Assembly (NCBI GenBank): GCA_900545735.1
Contig: URAC01000002.1
Span: 1-39,573, forward strand
Direction of reading: 5' to 3'
Length of the DNA: 39,573 nucleotides
Source of the DNA: an uncultured Bacillota bacterium
Lineage (GTDB): Bacteria; Bacillota; Clostridia; Christensenellales; UBA1242
A program made the translations under genes and the position numbers. A model generated the notes under the pieces. It ran no database searches. It saw nothing but the letters and a program-made list of their open reading frames with translations, and was not told the origin of the DNA. This document shows positions 19,586-29,415 of the stretch, piece by piece; the stretch's first letter is position 1; each line of letters begins with the position of its first letter.

Positions 19586-22500
19586 GGAGGAGTTGATACT
19601 AACAATCTTTCAATTAAAATGATAACGGAGGCCGATAGCATAGAAGATAACTTGCAAGTTATCAATCTATCTGTTGATGATGCACGAAATTTGATATTTG
19701 AAATTGAAAATTGGCAAGATGGAATAAGTGCCGGTGTTATTTTCTCCACAGATTCTAAGGCTGTTGTAATTTCTAACCAAAAATATTTGTCAGATGGAAG
19801 AGTTCAAATTACTGTAACTGCCAAAACGGGCGGCAGTGCATTGATAACCGCAACAACTCAACAATATTCTAAACAGACAAGCATTTTAATTAGGATTTCA
19901 GAAAACATTTCAGATTTCAATTTAAAAAATAATGTTGGAACAATTTATTATGAAAAGGGTTCTGAACTAAAATTAAATGTTGAAGAATTATTTAATTTTT
20001 CACCTAGCAGCACAACGCAAAGAGATTTAAAAGCATATATTGGGGAAAACCTCATCACAAACGAACAAGGAGAAAATATAATCAGTGGACTTGAAGAAGA
20101 CACCACAATAACATTTGTTAGCGATTATTTAGACGGCATTTCAAGAAATTTATTTGTAAAAGTTGTTGAAAAACTCGCTAGCGAAGATATACAACTTGAA
20201 AAGCAGGTTTATTCAAACTTAGGCGAAAGTTCTTATGAACAAATTGTTAATGGAGAAACAATCCAAATTTTAAAGAATAACAATGCAAAATCCATTGATA
20301 ATGTTGACATCGCACACAATCAAAGGTTAATAAGATTGACATTGAACTGCAATCAACCTGATTTGAAAGTTAAAGCGGTTGTTTACACCAAAAATGGCGA
20401 AAATTGGGTAAAAAATGAGTTATTGGTTGCAAACATTGTTCAAAATGGCTCATTGACCGACGGAAAATATGAACATATTTACAGTGTTGAATATGCTGGA
20501 TTTAATGAAATGAAAGTTGTGTTCACATATTCAATCGGAGAACATAATTACGAAACATATAATGAAATATATTTTGAGTGCGTTGAAGCGCCATTAAATT
20601 TATCTATCAACAAAAACACTTCAAGCAGCCAAGAAATCACTATTTACGACCCAACGGAAGGCTATATCGGCAAAAGTTTAACTTTTATGGTCTATCCTGA
20701 AAATTGCGTGAATTTTAACATAAATTTGTTGCTAGATGCCAATGCTGACAGCATTTTGAAGATTTTAAATTCAAAAGGAAATGAGAAAGCAAGAGAGTCA
20801 GCAACTGATTTAGGATATTCAAGCAAAGTTTCAATTTCTAATGGGGAAACAATTAGAATTTCAGCAAATAATGCAATAGATTTCAAATATGTTGATGTTA
20901 TTGTTCAAGTTAGATATCAATTTGAAAATGTAACATACGCGTTTGAATATTCATTAAAAGTAAATATAAAACGCTCTCCAACAGCAATGATTGTTACAGA
21001 TGACAAATATGTTAATGGAGAACTAAGCGGAACCGTAACTCAATTTGAAAGTTATATATTTGATTTAAACACTGGCAAAGTGTTAGATGAAAATGGCAAT
21101 TTGATAGATAATTTTGGCAAAAACAGTTTAAAACTTTATGTGTATGCTGAATTAGATGGCTTATTAGAAAACGACCACGATTTTGTTATTGTAAACAATC
21201 TTGGAATAATAGATGTAAAAAACACTGAAGATAACGAAATTTTGATTGAAGCAAAAGATGTAGGAACGGGCAGTTTTACAATCGTTTTAGACAATGGAAT
21301 GAGAAAGGTTTTCAAGGTTGAGATAATCAAATCTCTAAGCAAATTGGAATTATCTTTTCCAACCCCAACTCAAAATTCAAACATCTATTTAAACACGATA
21401 AGCAAAACAGAAGGTTATTTGTATGACATAATTGCATTAACTGGGGCAAAAATTCCACCAATTATTGTAAAAACTGGAAATACAATAAATTATAATTATG
21501 AAAATGACAATTTAGATTATACAAACGGATATATCATAGGCAAAAATGACACTGATGATTTTGTGGATTGTTCGTTTGTTGTTACTCATTATTATTTAGA
21601 TAGTAATAATATTAAACAAGTTAGAACAACAACATATAAATTTAAAATAATGTTCTATTCACAAATCACGAATTTTGCTTTGACAACAAATAAAGGTTCA
21701 ACAAATTTTGATTTATATAATTTGAATAATGTTGGCTATTATTCAGAACAATTAGCAACAGCGGTTGTAACTTTAAATGTTGGACCAGATGCCCTTAGAG
21801 AAAAAATACTTGAAAAAGTAGAATGGCATTCAAACATTGATTGGGACACAGAAGATTATGATGGAAATTTAATTAAATATTCCAATAAAGTCTTTTCATT
21901 CACATTTAATAAGTCAACGGGAACAGGAACAATCATTTGTAATGTTGTTGAAAGATATTACGATGAAGAAGTTGGCGAGTATAAAAACACAGGCTATATT
22001 GATGAAAATGGCAATTTTACATTAGGAAAAATTGTTCTTACAGCAACAATCAATAGAGAGCAAGGCGGCAAAGAGTTAGACAACCTAACAAAAAGCGTTC
22101 AATTTGATGTTGTAAACAACAAGCCTGTTGAAGAAATTGTTTCAAGTATGGACAGCATCAGCATTGATAGATTTAAAGGTGATATGTACATATACACAAC
22201 TGTCTATCCAGTTACGGCAAGCAACAAGCAATTAAGGGCAGTATTCATTCCTGAAGATTTGAGTTATGCAAACGCAATTCAATTTGAATGGGAAGGAGAT
22301 AAGTTAAAAGTATCGCTTGACGAAAAGTATGAAAGCGGAAAAGGAATTATTAGATTAATTGCAATCGATAGTTATTCAAACTCAGACACATTCACAACAT
22401 ATCTTGATATTCCGTTAGTAATCTGCGATGGAAGTGAAGAGTATCCATTCCAAATTATGTCTGAAAAAGACTTGCAAATAATGATTGATACAAATTTTGA

Positions 22501-25500
22501 AAAAAATTATCAAATTATTGGCGCCATTGATGTTTCAAAATATGTTGATATTAACAATAGTTCAATTTGGCAATATTCACAATATGTTCTAACTGGCAAC
22601 ATTATTGGCTTAAACAATGCGTGCTTGACTGGCATTAAAATAACAGGAGCATCAAACACAAATTCCTATGGCTTGTTTGCATCTATTGCAGAAGGCGCAA
22701 GCATTAAGAATGTTAAATTTGAAGGCGAGATTAACTTAAATTTCGCAACTGAAGAAGCCAAAATATCTTATGAAACTATAAATATTGGCTTAGTTGCAGG
22801 AATTAACAACGGGATTCTTGAAAATATTTCAGTTGCTTTAAATGCATCTTCAGTAACAGCAAACTTTGGCTATTCAATTTATATTGGCGGCGTTGTTGGC
22901 ACAAACAATAAAGAAATAATTGTAAATAATAATGCTAATTATAATAGACTTGTAGATTTTAAAGGCGAATTTGCCTTTAAAGATAATTCGCCAAGCAACA
23001 CTTCTTCTCACTTGTTATATGTCGGTGGCGTTGCAGGTTATAATAGTTGGAAAATCATTAGTGAATTAGAAAGCAACACGATGCTTGTTAATGTTAATTA
23101 CAACTTAAAATATATTTTAGCATCAGAAGAAGATATTATAAGAGGCAATAAGTTGGGCGACCAAGAAGGCATTGGAGGCGTTGCAGGATTATCTAAACTT
23201 GGAAGTTCAAGCACTGAAAGCGGACTTGGAATAGTAGGAGTAACTGTTGAAGGCTCTATAATCGCTGGTCAGTTTGAAAATAATAAATTTATAGGACATT
23301 TCAATAATGTTGGAGGAATTGTTGGAAACAATTCGTTAGACATTAAAAACAGCAATTCTCAACTCTTCGTTAGAGGCAGAGAAAATGTTGGCGGCGGAGT
23401 TGGACTTAACTTGGGCGGAGATTTGTTGGAAATAAAAGTCCAAGCATTAGAGAAAAACGACAACACATTAATTATTGGCAATAACAATGTTGGCGGCATT
23501 ATTGGACAATTTGCCGATGGAACAATAATAAAATCCACATTTATAAGCTATATTTCAAAGGAATTTATTTCAGAATATGACGGCGATATTGTCATAAATG
23601 ATGCGGACATTACTCAAACTGGAATAAATGCAGGAAGAATTGTTGGATTGTTTAATTACAATATTGGAAATCTAAATTATGTTGTTGCGATTGCAAATTT
23701 GAAAGCAGACTGCGAAATCAACTTGCAAATTACTGCAATTACAGATGAAAACATTGTAATTTATGGCAATAAGTGCATCAACAATTCAACAGAAGCAGGA
23801 AATTATATAAATGAAGAATTTTTGAATAAATTAACTGCAAGTCAAAGCCATGGCTTGACTTTGAATGGAATCGACTCGCTAGACAAATTTATTTCAAAAA
23901 TTGTTGAATATGAAAATTGGGCAAATGACAATAAAGAAACAAAATTAACTTCTTTCATAATTTTGCCACCAACACAAATTGATAAAACATTAACTGAAGA
24001 AGGTCAAAAACAAGCACTAACAAGCAATAGTGGCAGCGAACTTGTGTTCTATCTTGAACTTCATCAAAAAGCAGATGGAACAATTTCAGAAGAATTCAGT
24101 TTGTTAAATAGTTATGATATTAGCAAATATATTTCAGTTAAGGCAAATTCAAACACAAATCTTGTTTTCACATCAAGCGATGAAAACATATTAAAAATTG
24201 AAGACGGCAAATTTATCGTTGTAAGTCCTGGGCTTGTTAAAATCTCAGCAACAAGCGAATTTAACACAACTTTGTCAACTGACTTCTATATTTATGTTGT
24301 TAGACACGTTGAAGATTTTAAAGCATATAGAAATGCAGATAGAGAAACAAATCAATTAACTTCTGGAACTTATGAAGTTTTAGACCAAGGCACAAGTTAT
24401 ATGATTTATTTCAAATATTTGGACAAATTTAATGTAAAAAATTATTTCGAAAGCCAAGAATTATTAGTTGCGTTAAAGATTGGCGATAAAGTCATTTATG
24501 CTGATGGAAATATTGACTTAGTAACAGGTTTAAGATTTACAAGAATTTCAAGTGAAGCATATCAATTAACTGGAACAAATTTAAGTGAAACATTTAATGA
24601 CATTTCATTCATTTATTATTATAAAGTTACAGTCAATGAAAATGAATATTTAATACAAAATTGTTTTGATAATGTTAAAACTATTAATTTTAAATATAAA
24701 GTTATAAATGAAACCAAAAAAATCAGCGTTTCGGACCCTGAAATTGAAGTTATGCCTTTTTATCAGCCAAATGTTGATGTTTCATTGATTTCACAAAATA
24801 AAAATGAAACTATAACAATTTTGACATATTTGATTGGTGAAAATGGAGCGCTTAGTACCGCAACAAACCTAAGATATAAAATTTGGCTAAACAATGTTTT
24901 ACAAACAAATCCTTTTGAAATAGATGCAACAGAATATAAAAATTTCACTTTGGAATTTTACTTAGATGAAACTGATAGAAACTTGACTTCTGATTTGAAA
25001 TTCAAAGTGGTTATTAGAACATCAAACAATTTAGAAACAAGCGTTTTAATCACATTTAAGCCACAAAAGCCAAATGATATAACAATCAATTTGTATCCAC
25101 AAAAGAGCAATTTAGATGATGAAGTTATTTCAATTCCTGATGGCGAAATGTTCTCATATATTTCATCAAACAAGATTGTCCCAGGAGCAAATTCATTGTT
25201 GGAATTTATAGTCGTTCCTGCCTACACAGATTATGATTACATTTTGATTAGAAATTCAAACAATAATGAATATAAACTTGTTTTTGAATTGTATGATAGA
25301 ACAACAAATAGGGCGATTTTAGGCTCACAAGATGTTGAAGGCGGAATAAAAGTTTTGAAATCTGCTGCACAAGATGGAACATTTGAATTGAGAATTTTCT
25401 TAGATTCAAGAGTTGCAGATATGTCAACAGTTTCGATAGAGATTGATGTGATCAAAAACGAAGAATCCGTTTTGACAAACAAAGTTATTAAAACATTTTA

Positions 25501-28500
25501 TGTTGAGCAGTTGCCAGGCGTAAAAATTGAGATAGACGATGTTTTAAGCGGAAATGAAGAGGAAGACCCATTAAGATTGGCTCTTGGCTTGGAATATCCA
25601 ATGAATGTTATAATCAAGGGCTATGAAAGCGGAACATTAACTTTTGACCAAGCAACAAGCACTTATAGCGATGGCGAATTAAGATTTGTATTGTCAAACG
25701 CATCGCTTGCTAAGATTGTTAAAAATTCAGATGGAACATACAGTTTAATGGTCAATAAAAATATAAACAATGTTGGAAAATTGACGATTACAACTTATGG
25801 AGAAAAGGTTACAGCAACTGGCATTAAAAAGAGTGCAGAAGTTCAATTTTATATTGATATTGTAAAATTTGTTGTTAAATCTTCAGTTAATGGCTCAATA
25901 ATCAAAGAAATTGACAATGGCGTTATCTATTCTGCAGTTGGCAACACATACACTTTTGAAGCAACTTTGAATGATGAAATTTTGATATATGACAAAACAA
26001 ATCAAGAAATTATCAATTTGGTTGAAAACTTCTTAAAGAATTTATCAAGTTATTCAAATAATTCGTGGTTTGTTAAAGACATAAATCAAGTTTATTATGG
26101 CTGGTCACAAATAACTCAAGAAGGATTTAAAAAATATGAAACTTTAACAAATCAAGCCTTTGAAGTTAGAGTAGACAATGGACAAATTAAAATAGTGTTC
26201 AAAAAGGTTCAAAGGGCAGATAATCCATCATTGTTATTCAAGTTTGAAAACACATTCTATTATAAAGATGGATTGCCAACAGTTGGAAAAGTTGATAATC
26301 AACCTTATTTTGCATTGATAGAAGAATTCAAGTTTGATGTTGCTGAAAAGACAAATATTAGAAATCCTTATCCAATTTATAAGGTTGAAGAATTCTTAAA
26401 TATGCGTGAAGGCAATTATTACATTTTGATGAATGATATCGAATTGCCAAAAGATTTCACTCCAATAACAACATTGATTGGCGGATTTGATGGAAACAAC
26501 TACAACATCAAATTGCCTGCTGGATTGGAATATAAAAACACAGGCAATAATCAAACATTCAATTTTGGCATATTTGAAACTATTGCAGAAGGCGCATTGA
26601 TTGCGAATGTAAGGCTTTATGTTGAAGGTGAAATCACTATTGATTTGTCCAGTTATCCAGTTGTAAATTTTGGATTGCTGGCAGCAAATAACTATGGCAC
26701 TATAACAAATTGTGCTATTGCAGGTTCAACATATGCACATATAATTGTTAATGTAACTGACTCAGTTAATAGTTCAGATGAACCTAATAATATTATCGCA
26801 GGCTTTGTTGCAACAAACGGCGCAACAGGCGCAATAACAAATTCTAGAGTTGAAGTTTCTATAACTTCAAAAGGCAATGTCGCTGGATTTGCTTATACAA
26901 ATAGCGGCACAATAGCTTCTTCTTATGTCTATGGCTCTATTGTTAATAACACAACTTCAACAAACTCTAAAACGGCAGGCTTTGTTGGAATAAATGAATA
27001 TGGCGGATTATTGTTTACAAGTTATATTGCGGGAGATTATGAAGGCGAGCATCAATTTGCCACAAGCGATAGCAAGGTTGTTTATACAGCCCATAGAATT
27101 GGCGCATTTGTTTACTTAAACAATGGAAAAATTTCAAATTGTTATGCAAATATACCAGTAAGTTCGGCAGCAAGTCGTGCAAGTGGATTTGTATATAACA
27201 ACGAAAAGAGCGGCGAGATTGAATATTGCCTATCAACTTGCAAAATGACAAACAATAGAAACTCACACACATCATTTATTGGAAGGTCGGCGGATTCTCT
27301 ATTGAATAAGGGCAAAATTATAGAATGTTTTGCGCTGGAAGATGCAGTTTTAGGATTTACTCTTAATGGAAAAGAAGTAAAAGTCACATTTGCAAATAAC
27401 GCCCTTGGTTCAAATGATAATATTTCTGGCTTAACAATTTTAAGGGCAACATTTACGGGAGGAAGTGCAGGAGGCAGCGACTATTATTATGATGATAATG
27501 GTGTTTCTCAAAAAATAAGTTCATCAGAACCAAAACTTTATGACAGTTCAGATTTTGTTGTTTGGTCTAACGAAAAATTAGCAGACCCTAAAACATTTGC
27601 AAAATTTGCTTTGTCAAACGATAGTACAAACACTAATGGAGTTTGGTTCTTTGCAAAATCAGTAAGCGAACAAGCGTATGAAAAGGACGGGGTCTATCTT
27701 GTATTAAAAACAAAGCGTCCAGAACTTGTTGCTCCAAATTTGATTGTAAGCGGACATCAAGAATTCTCGCATACTTCACTAGATGAAGAAACTGGCGAAA
27801 CGATATATCATTATATCTCCGCATCGAATTTAGGAACCTTGCATAATCCATATATAATTGCAAGCGTGGAAGATTTGGAAGCCATAGCAGAAAACAGCAA
27901 CAATTTAGTTGGCGAAGATAAAAATTATAGGCTTGTAAACAACATCATTTATGAAACGGGAACGATTTCAAGCAAGTTATATAAATATTATTTCTTAGGC
28001 AATTTGGAAGGAAATAGCTTCACAATCGGCAATTATGTTATAGACTCTTCTGAAAATTTAGAATATGCAGGATTCTTTGCAGGAATCGGAAGCAAACTCA
28101 AACAGATGGGTTCTGTTAAAAATGTTCAGTTTGCGCCAAAATATATCAATCTTCCAAATACAAATTCAGTTGGTGCTGTAGCAGGTGCAATTTTTGGAGC
28201 AAACATTATAAATGTAAGCGTTGATGGCTATGAGTATGATAATGAAGGCATTGTAATTCTTGGCAAAAACGCGGTTGGCGGCGTTGCTGGAATTGCGTTG
28301 GGAAATTATCAATTAAACAATATAAATTCTAACATTTCAGTCAATGCAACATATAGAGCAAAATTAAGCGAGCACGATGTTGAAATATTTAATGAATTTA
28401 ATACGAATGTAGTTTCACACGCTGGTTTAATAGTTGGCGCTGCTGGCGGATATGGAAAAATTGATTATATGTATGCTGGCGGAGATAATGTTGTAATTGG

Positions 28501-29383
28501 CGAATGCACTGGATTTATGTTCGGAAACTTAGGCAAGAATGTTGTTGCTAACAATTTGCAAGTAAAACAAAGTTCAAAGCAATCGATAAAATCAGATGTC
28601 TATGCAGGCGTTATCGCAGGTGTAAGTGCAGGCACATTGTATGATATTGTGATTGACAAGAACGAAATAAGTAAAAATTCATTCTTTGCAGATTCAATCT
28701 ATATTCCTATCGCTCTTGGCAATGTTGTTGGAAAGATGACAGGCGGAAGCATAACAAAAGCAAAAATTAACACAACAACTTATGTTCCTAGCGGAATAAC
28801 TTTCGTTGGTGGGGCAGTTGGAATTATGGAAGATGGCACATTAGATGATGTTGTCATTACTGGAAACATTTCAGCAGGCGAAGTTATTGGCGGCGTTGTT
28901 GGATATGTCGGAAAGGTTGATGCCAAAGGTTATACTAGCAATGTAACAAGAAATGCGTTGTCTTCTAGCAGCAAAGTTGAAATTAAAAATTCTTACTTAG
29001 TTGGTGATATCAATTCATCTTCATCAACGAATGAAGTCAGAGTTGGAACAATCGCTGGTGTGGTCAACACAAACAATTCAATTTATGTTAAAGGTTTATC
29101 TGGCGATGAAACTTCACAAGTCAAGATAATATTTACAAAAAACTTATCATTTAAAAATACAATTTCAATTAGCAATTATTCCTATAATTCAACTGCAATA
29201 TCAATTAGATATGGAATAGTTACATCAAGAATTAATGATATTGATAATCAAATTTTATATGAACATAATGAAGAAAATAAAGACAAATTCTTGTATATTG
29301 AAAAACCTATGATTTATCAAATCAATTCTGCTAGTGGAAAAGTAACAGTTAATGGGAAGTCTTTTGAAGAATGGAATAAATAA
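19511..29383 (+). CDS. Giant surface lipoprotein, 3,290 aa, paralogous in architecture to ORF1: BIG2-like stretches + 3 GLUG modules, no Flg_new array
   Basis: Uninterrupted 9.9-kb ORF with SD and TAA stop. N-terminus MKIKKFIVLILALIIGVIPMVFAGC has a lipobox at Cys25. BIG2-like strings are present (QITVTAKTGGSALITATT, ILIEAKDVGTGSFTIVL, FIVVSPGLVKISATS), with GLUG motifs in three blocks. Confidence 0.9.
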   Translation: MKIKKFIVLILALIIGVIPMVFAGCGGVDTNNLSIKMITEADSIEDNLQVINLSVDDARNLIFEIENWQDGISAGVIFSTDSKAVVISNQKYLSDGRVQITVTAKTGGSALITATTQQYSKQTSILIRISENISDFNLKNNVGTIYYEKGSELKLNVEELFNFSPSSTTQRDLKAYIGENLITNEQGENIISGLEEDTTITFVSDYLDGISRNLFVKVVEKLASEDIQLEKQVYSNLGESSYEQIVNGETIQILKNNNAKSIDNVDIAHNQRLIRLTLNCNQPDLKVKAVVYTKNGENWVKNELLVANIVQNGSLTDGKYEHIYSVEYAGFNEMKVVFTYSIGEHNYETYNEIYFECVEAPLNLSINKNTSSSQEITIYDPTEGYIGKSLTFMVYPENCVNFNINLLLDANADSILKILNSKGNEKARESATDLGYSSKVSISNGETIRISANNAIDFKYVDVIVQVRYQFENVTYAFEYSLKVNIKRSPTAMIVTDDKYVNGELSGTVTQFESYIFDLNTGKVLDENGNLIDNFGKNSLKLYVYAELDGLLENDHDFVIVNNLGIIDVKNTEDNEILIEAKDVGTGSFTIVLDNGMRKVFKVEIIKSLSKLELSFPTPTQNSNIYLNTISKTEGYLYDIIALTGAKIPPIIVKTGNTINYNYENDNLDYTNGYIIGKNDTDDFVDCSFVVTHYYLDSNNIKQVRTTTYKFKIMFYSQITNFALTTNKGSTNFDLYNLNNVGYYSEQLATAVVTLNVGPDALREKILEKVEWHSNIDWDTEDYDGNLIKYSNKVFSFTFNKSTGTGTIICNVVERYYDEEVGEYKNTGYIDENGNFTLGKIVLTATINREQGGKELDNLTKSVQFDVVNNKPVEEIVSSMDSISIDRFKGDMYIYTTVYPVTASNKQLRAVFIPEDLSYANAIQFEWEGDKLKVSLDEKYESGKGIIRLIAIDSYSNSDTFTTYLDIPLVICDGSEEYPFQIMSEKDLQIMIDTNFEKNYQIIGAIDVSKYVDINNSSIWQYSQYVLTGNIIGLNNACLTGIKITGASNTNSYGLFASIAEGASIKNVKFEGEINLNFATEEAKISYETINIGLVAGINNGILENISVALNASSVTANFGYSIYIGGVVGTNNKEIIVNNNANYNRLVDFKGEFAFKDNSPSNTSSHLLYVGGVAGYNSWKIISELESNTMLVNVNYNLKYILASEEDIIRGNKLGDQEGIGGVAGLSKLGSSSTESGLGIVGVTVEGSIIAGQFENNKFIGHFNNVGGIVGNNSLDIKNSNSQLFVRGRENVGGGVGLNLGGDLLEIKVQALEKNDNTLIIGNNNVGGIIGQFADGTIIKSTFISYISKEFISEYDGDIVINDADITQTGINAGRIVGLFNYNIGNLNYVVAIANLKADCEINLQITAITDENIVIYGNKCINNSTEAGNYINEEFLNKLTASQSHGLTLNGIDSLDKFISKIVEYENWANDNKETKLTSFIILPPTQIDKTLTEEGQKQALTSNSGSELVFYLELHQKADGTISEEFSLLNSYDISKYISVKANSNTNLVFTSSDENILKIEDGKFIVVSPGLVKISATSEFNTTLSTDFYIYVVRHVEDFKAYRNADRETNQLTSGTYEVLDQGTSYMIYFKYLDKFNVKNYFESQELLVALKIGDKVIYADGNIDLVTGLRFTRISSEAYQLTGTNLSETFNDISFIYYYKVTVNENEYLIQNCFDNVKTINFKYKVINETKKISVSDPEIEVMPFYQPNVDVSLISQNKNETITILTYLIGENGALSTATNLRYKIWLNNVLQTNPFEIDATEYKNFTLEFYLDETDRNLTSDLKFKVVIRTSNNLETSVLITFKPQKPNDITINLYPQKSNLDDEVISIPDGEMFSYISSNKIVPGANSLLEFIVVPAYTDYDYILIRNSNNNEYKLVFELYDRTTNRAILGSQDVEGGIKVLKSAAQDGTFELRIFLDSRVADMSTVSIEIDVIKNEESVLTNKVIKTFYVEQLPGVKIEIDDVLSGNEEEDPLRLALGLEYPMNVIIKGYESGTLTFDQATSTYSDGELRFVLSNASLAKIVKNSDGTYSLMVNKNINNVGKLTITTYGEKVTATGIKKSAEVQFYIDIVKFVVKSSVNGSIIKEIDNGVIYSAVGNTYTFEATLNDEILIYDKTNQEIINLVENFLKNLSSYSNNSWFVKDINQVYYGWSQITQEGFKKYETLTNQAFEVRVDNGQIKIVFKKVQRADNPSLLFKFENTFYYKDGLPTVGKVDNQPYFALIEEFKFDVAEKTNIRNPYPIYKVEEFLNMREGNYYILMNDIELPKDFTPITTLIGGFDGNNYNIKLPAGLEYKNTGNNQTFNFGIFETIAEGALIANVRLYVEGEITIDLSSYPVVNFGLLAANNYGTITNCAIAGSTYAHIIVNVTDSVNSSDEPNNIIAGFVATNGATGAITNSRVEVSITSKGNVAGFAYTNSGTIASSYVYGSIVNNTTSTNSKTAGFVGINEYGGLLFTSYIAGDYEGEHQFATSDSKVVYTAHRIGAFVYLNNGKISNCYANIPVSSAASRASGFVYNNEKSGEIEYCLSTCKMTNNRNSHTSFIGRSADSLLNKGKIIECFALEDAVLGFTLNGKEVKVTFANNALGSNDNISGLTILRATFTGGSAGGSDYYYDDNGVSQKISSSEPKLYDSSDFVVWSNEKLADPKTFAKFALSNDSTNTNGVWFFAKSVSEQAYEKDGVYLVLKTKRPELVAPNLIVSGHQEFSHTSLDEETGETIYHYISASNLGTLHNPYIIASVEDLEAIAENSNNLVGEDKNYRLVNNIIYETGTISSKLYKYYFLGNLEGNSFTIGNYVIDSSENLEYAGFFAGIGSKLKQMGSVKNVQFAPKYINLPNTNSVGAVAGAIFGANIINVSVDGYEYDNEGIVILGKNAVGGVAGIALGNYQLNNINSNISVNATYRAKLSEHDVEIFNEFNTNVVSHAGLIVGAAGGYGKIDYMYAGGDNVVIGECTGFMFGNLGKNVVANNLQVKQSSKQSIKSDVYAGVIAGVSAGTLYDIVIDKNEISKNSFFADSIYIPIALGNVVGKMTGGSITKAKINTTTYVPSGITFVGGAVGIMEDGTLDDVVITGNISAGEVIGGVVGYVGKVDAKGYTSNVTRNALSSSSKVEIKNSYLVGDINSSSSTNEVRVGTIAGVVNTNNSIYVKGLSGDETSQVKIIFTKNLSFKNTISISNYSYNSTAISIRYGIVTSRINDIDNQILYEHNEENKDKFLYIEKPMIYQINSASGKVTVNGKSFEEWNK
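22438..23980 (+). repeat. ORF2 GLUG module A (approximate)
   Basis: Entry EYPFQIMSEKDLQIMIDTNFEKNYQIIGAIDV...YGLFASIAEGASIKNVKFEG, followed by IGGVVGTNNKEI, VGGVAGYNSW, IGGVAGLSKLG, VGGIVGNNSLDI, VGGGVGLNLGGDL, VGGIIGQFADGTI. Confidence 0.75.
26363..27740 (+). repeat. ORF2 GLUG-like module B (approximate)
   Basis: Entry NPYPIYKVEEFLNMREGNYYILMNDIELPKDFTPITTLIGGFDGNNYNI...FGIFETIAEGALIANVRL, followed by IAGFVATNGATGAITNS, VAGFAYTNSGTI, TAGFVGINEYGG, ASGFVYNNEKSGEIEYC. Confidence 0.7.
27841..29383 (+). repeat. ORF2 GLUG module C, C-terminal (approximate)
   Basis: Entry HNPYIIASVEDLEAIAENSNNLVGEDKNYRLVNNIIY...GNLEGNSFTIGNY...AGFFAGIGS, followed by VGAVAGAIFGANI, VGGVAGIALGNY, AGLIVGAAGGYG, VGGAVGIMEDGTL, IGGVVGYVGK, VGTIAGVVN. 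Confidence 0.7.
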
Positions 29384-29415
29384 AAGGAAATGCTCAGCAT
29401 TTCCTTTTATTTTTT
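29383..29415. terminator. Putative bidirectional intrinsic terminator between convergent ORF2 and the ABC permease
   Basis: 11-bp stem AAAGGAAATGC / GCATTTCCTTT (29383-29393 / 29397-29407) with a 3-nt loop, followed by TATTTTTT. It overlaps the stop codons of both genes. Confidence 0.7.

Noticed and set aside
66-29383. Calling the giant proteins IgA1-protease/ZmpB-like metalloproteases (GLUG motifs occur in peptidase M26 proteins) or sortase-anchored adhesins.
   Set aside because: Reading both proteins by eye, I found no HExxH motif and no C-terminal LPXTG followed by a hydrophobic tail. Anchoring appears to be by an N-terminal lipobox. The by-eye scan of ~9,760 aa could have missed something, so an HMM scan should confirm this.
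3130-29383. Periodic short DNA motifs (e.g. AATGTTGGCGGCGTTGCAGG-like strings) that could mimic a CRISPR or other tandem DNA repeat array.
   Set aside because: They encode the VGG[VIL]AG GLUG motif, are irregularly spaced and divergent, and sit in one continuous reading frame. There are no direct repeats with unique spacers anywhere in the window.
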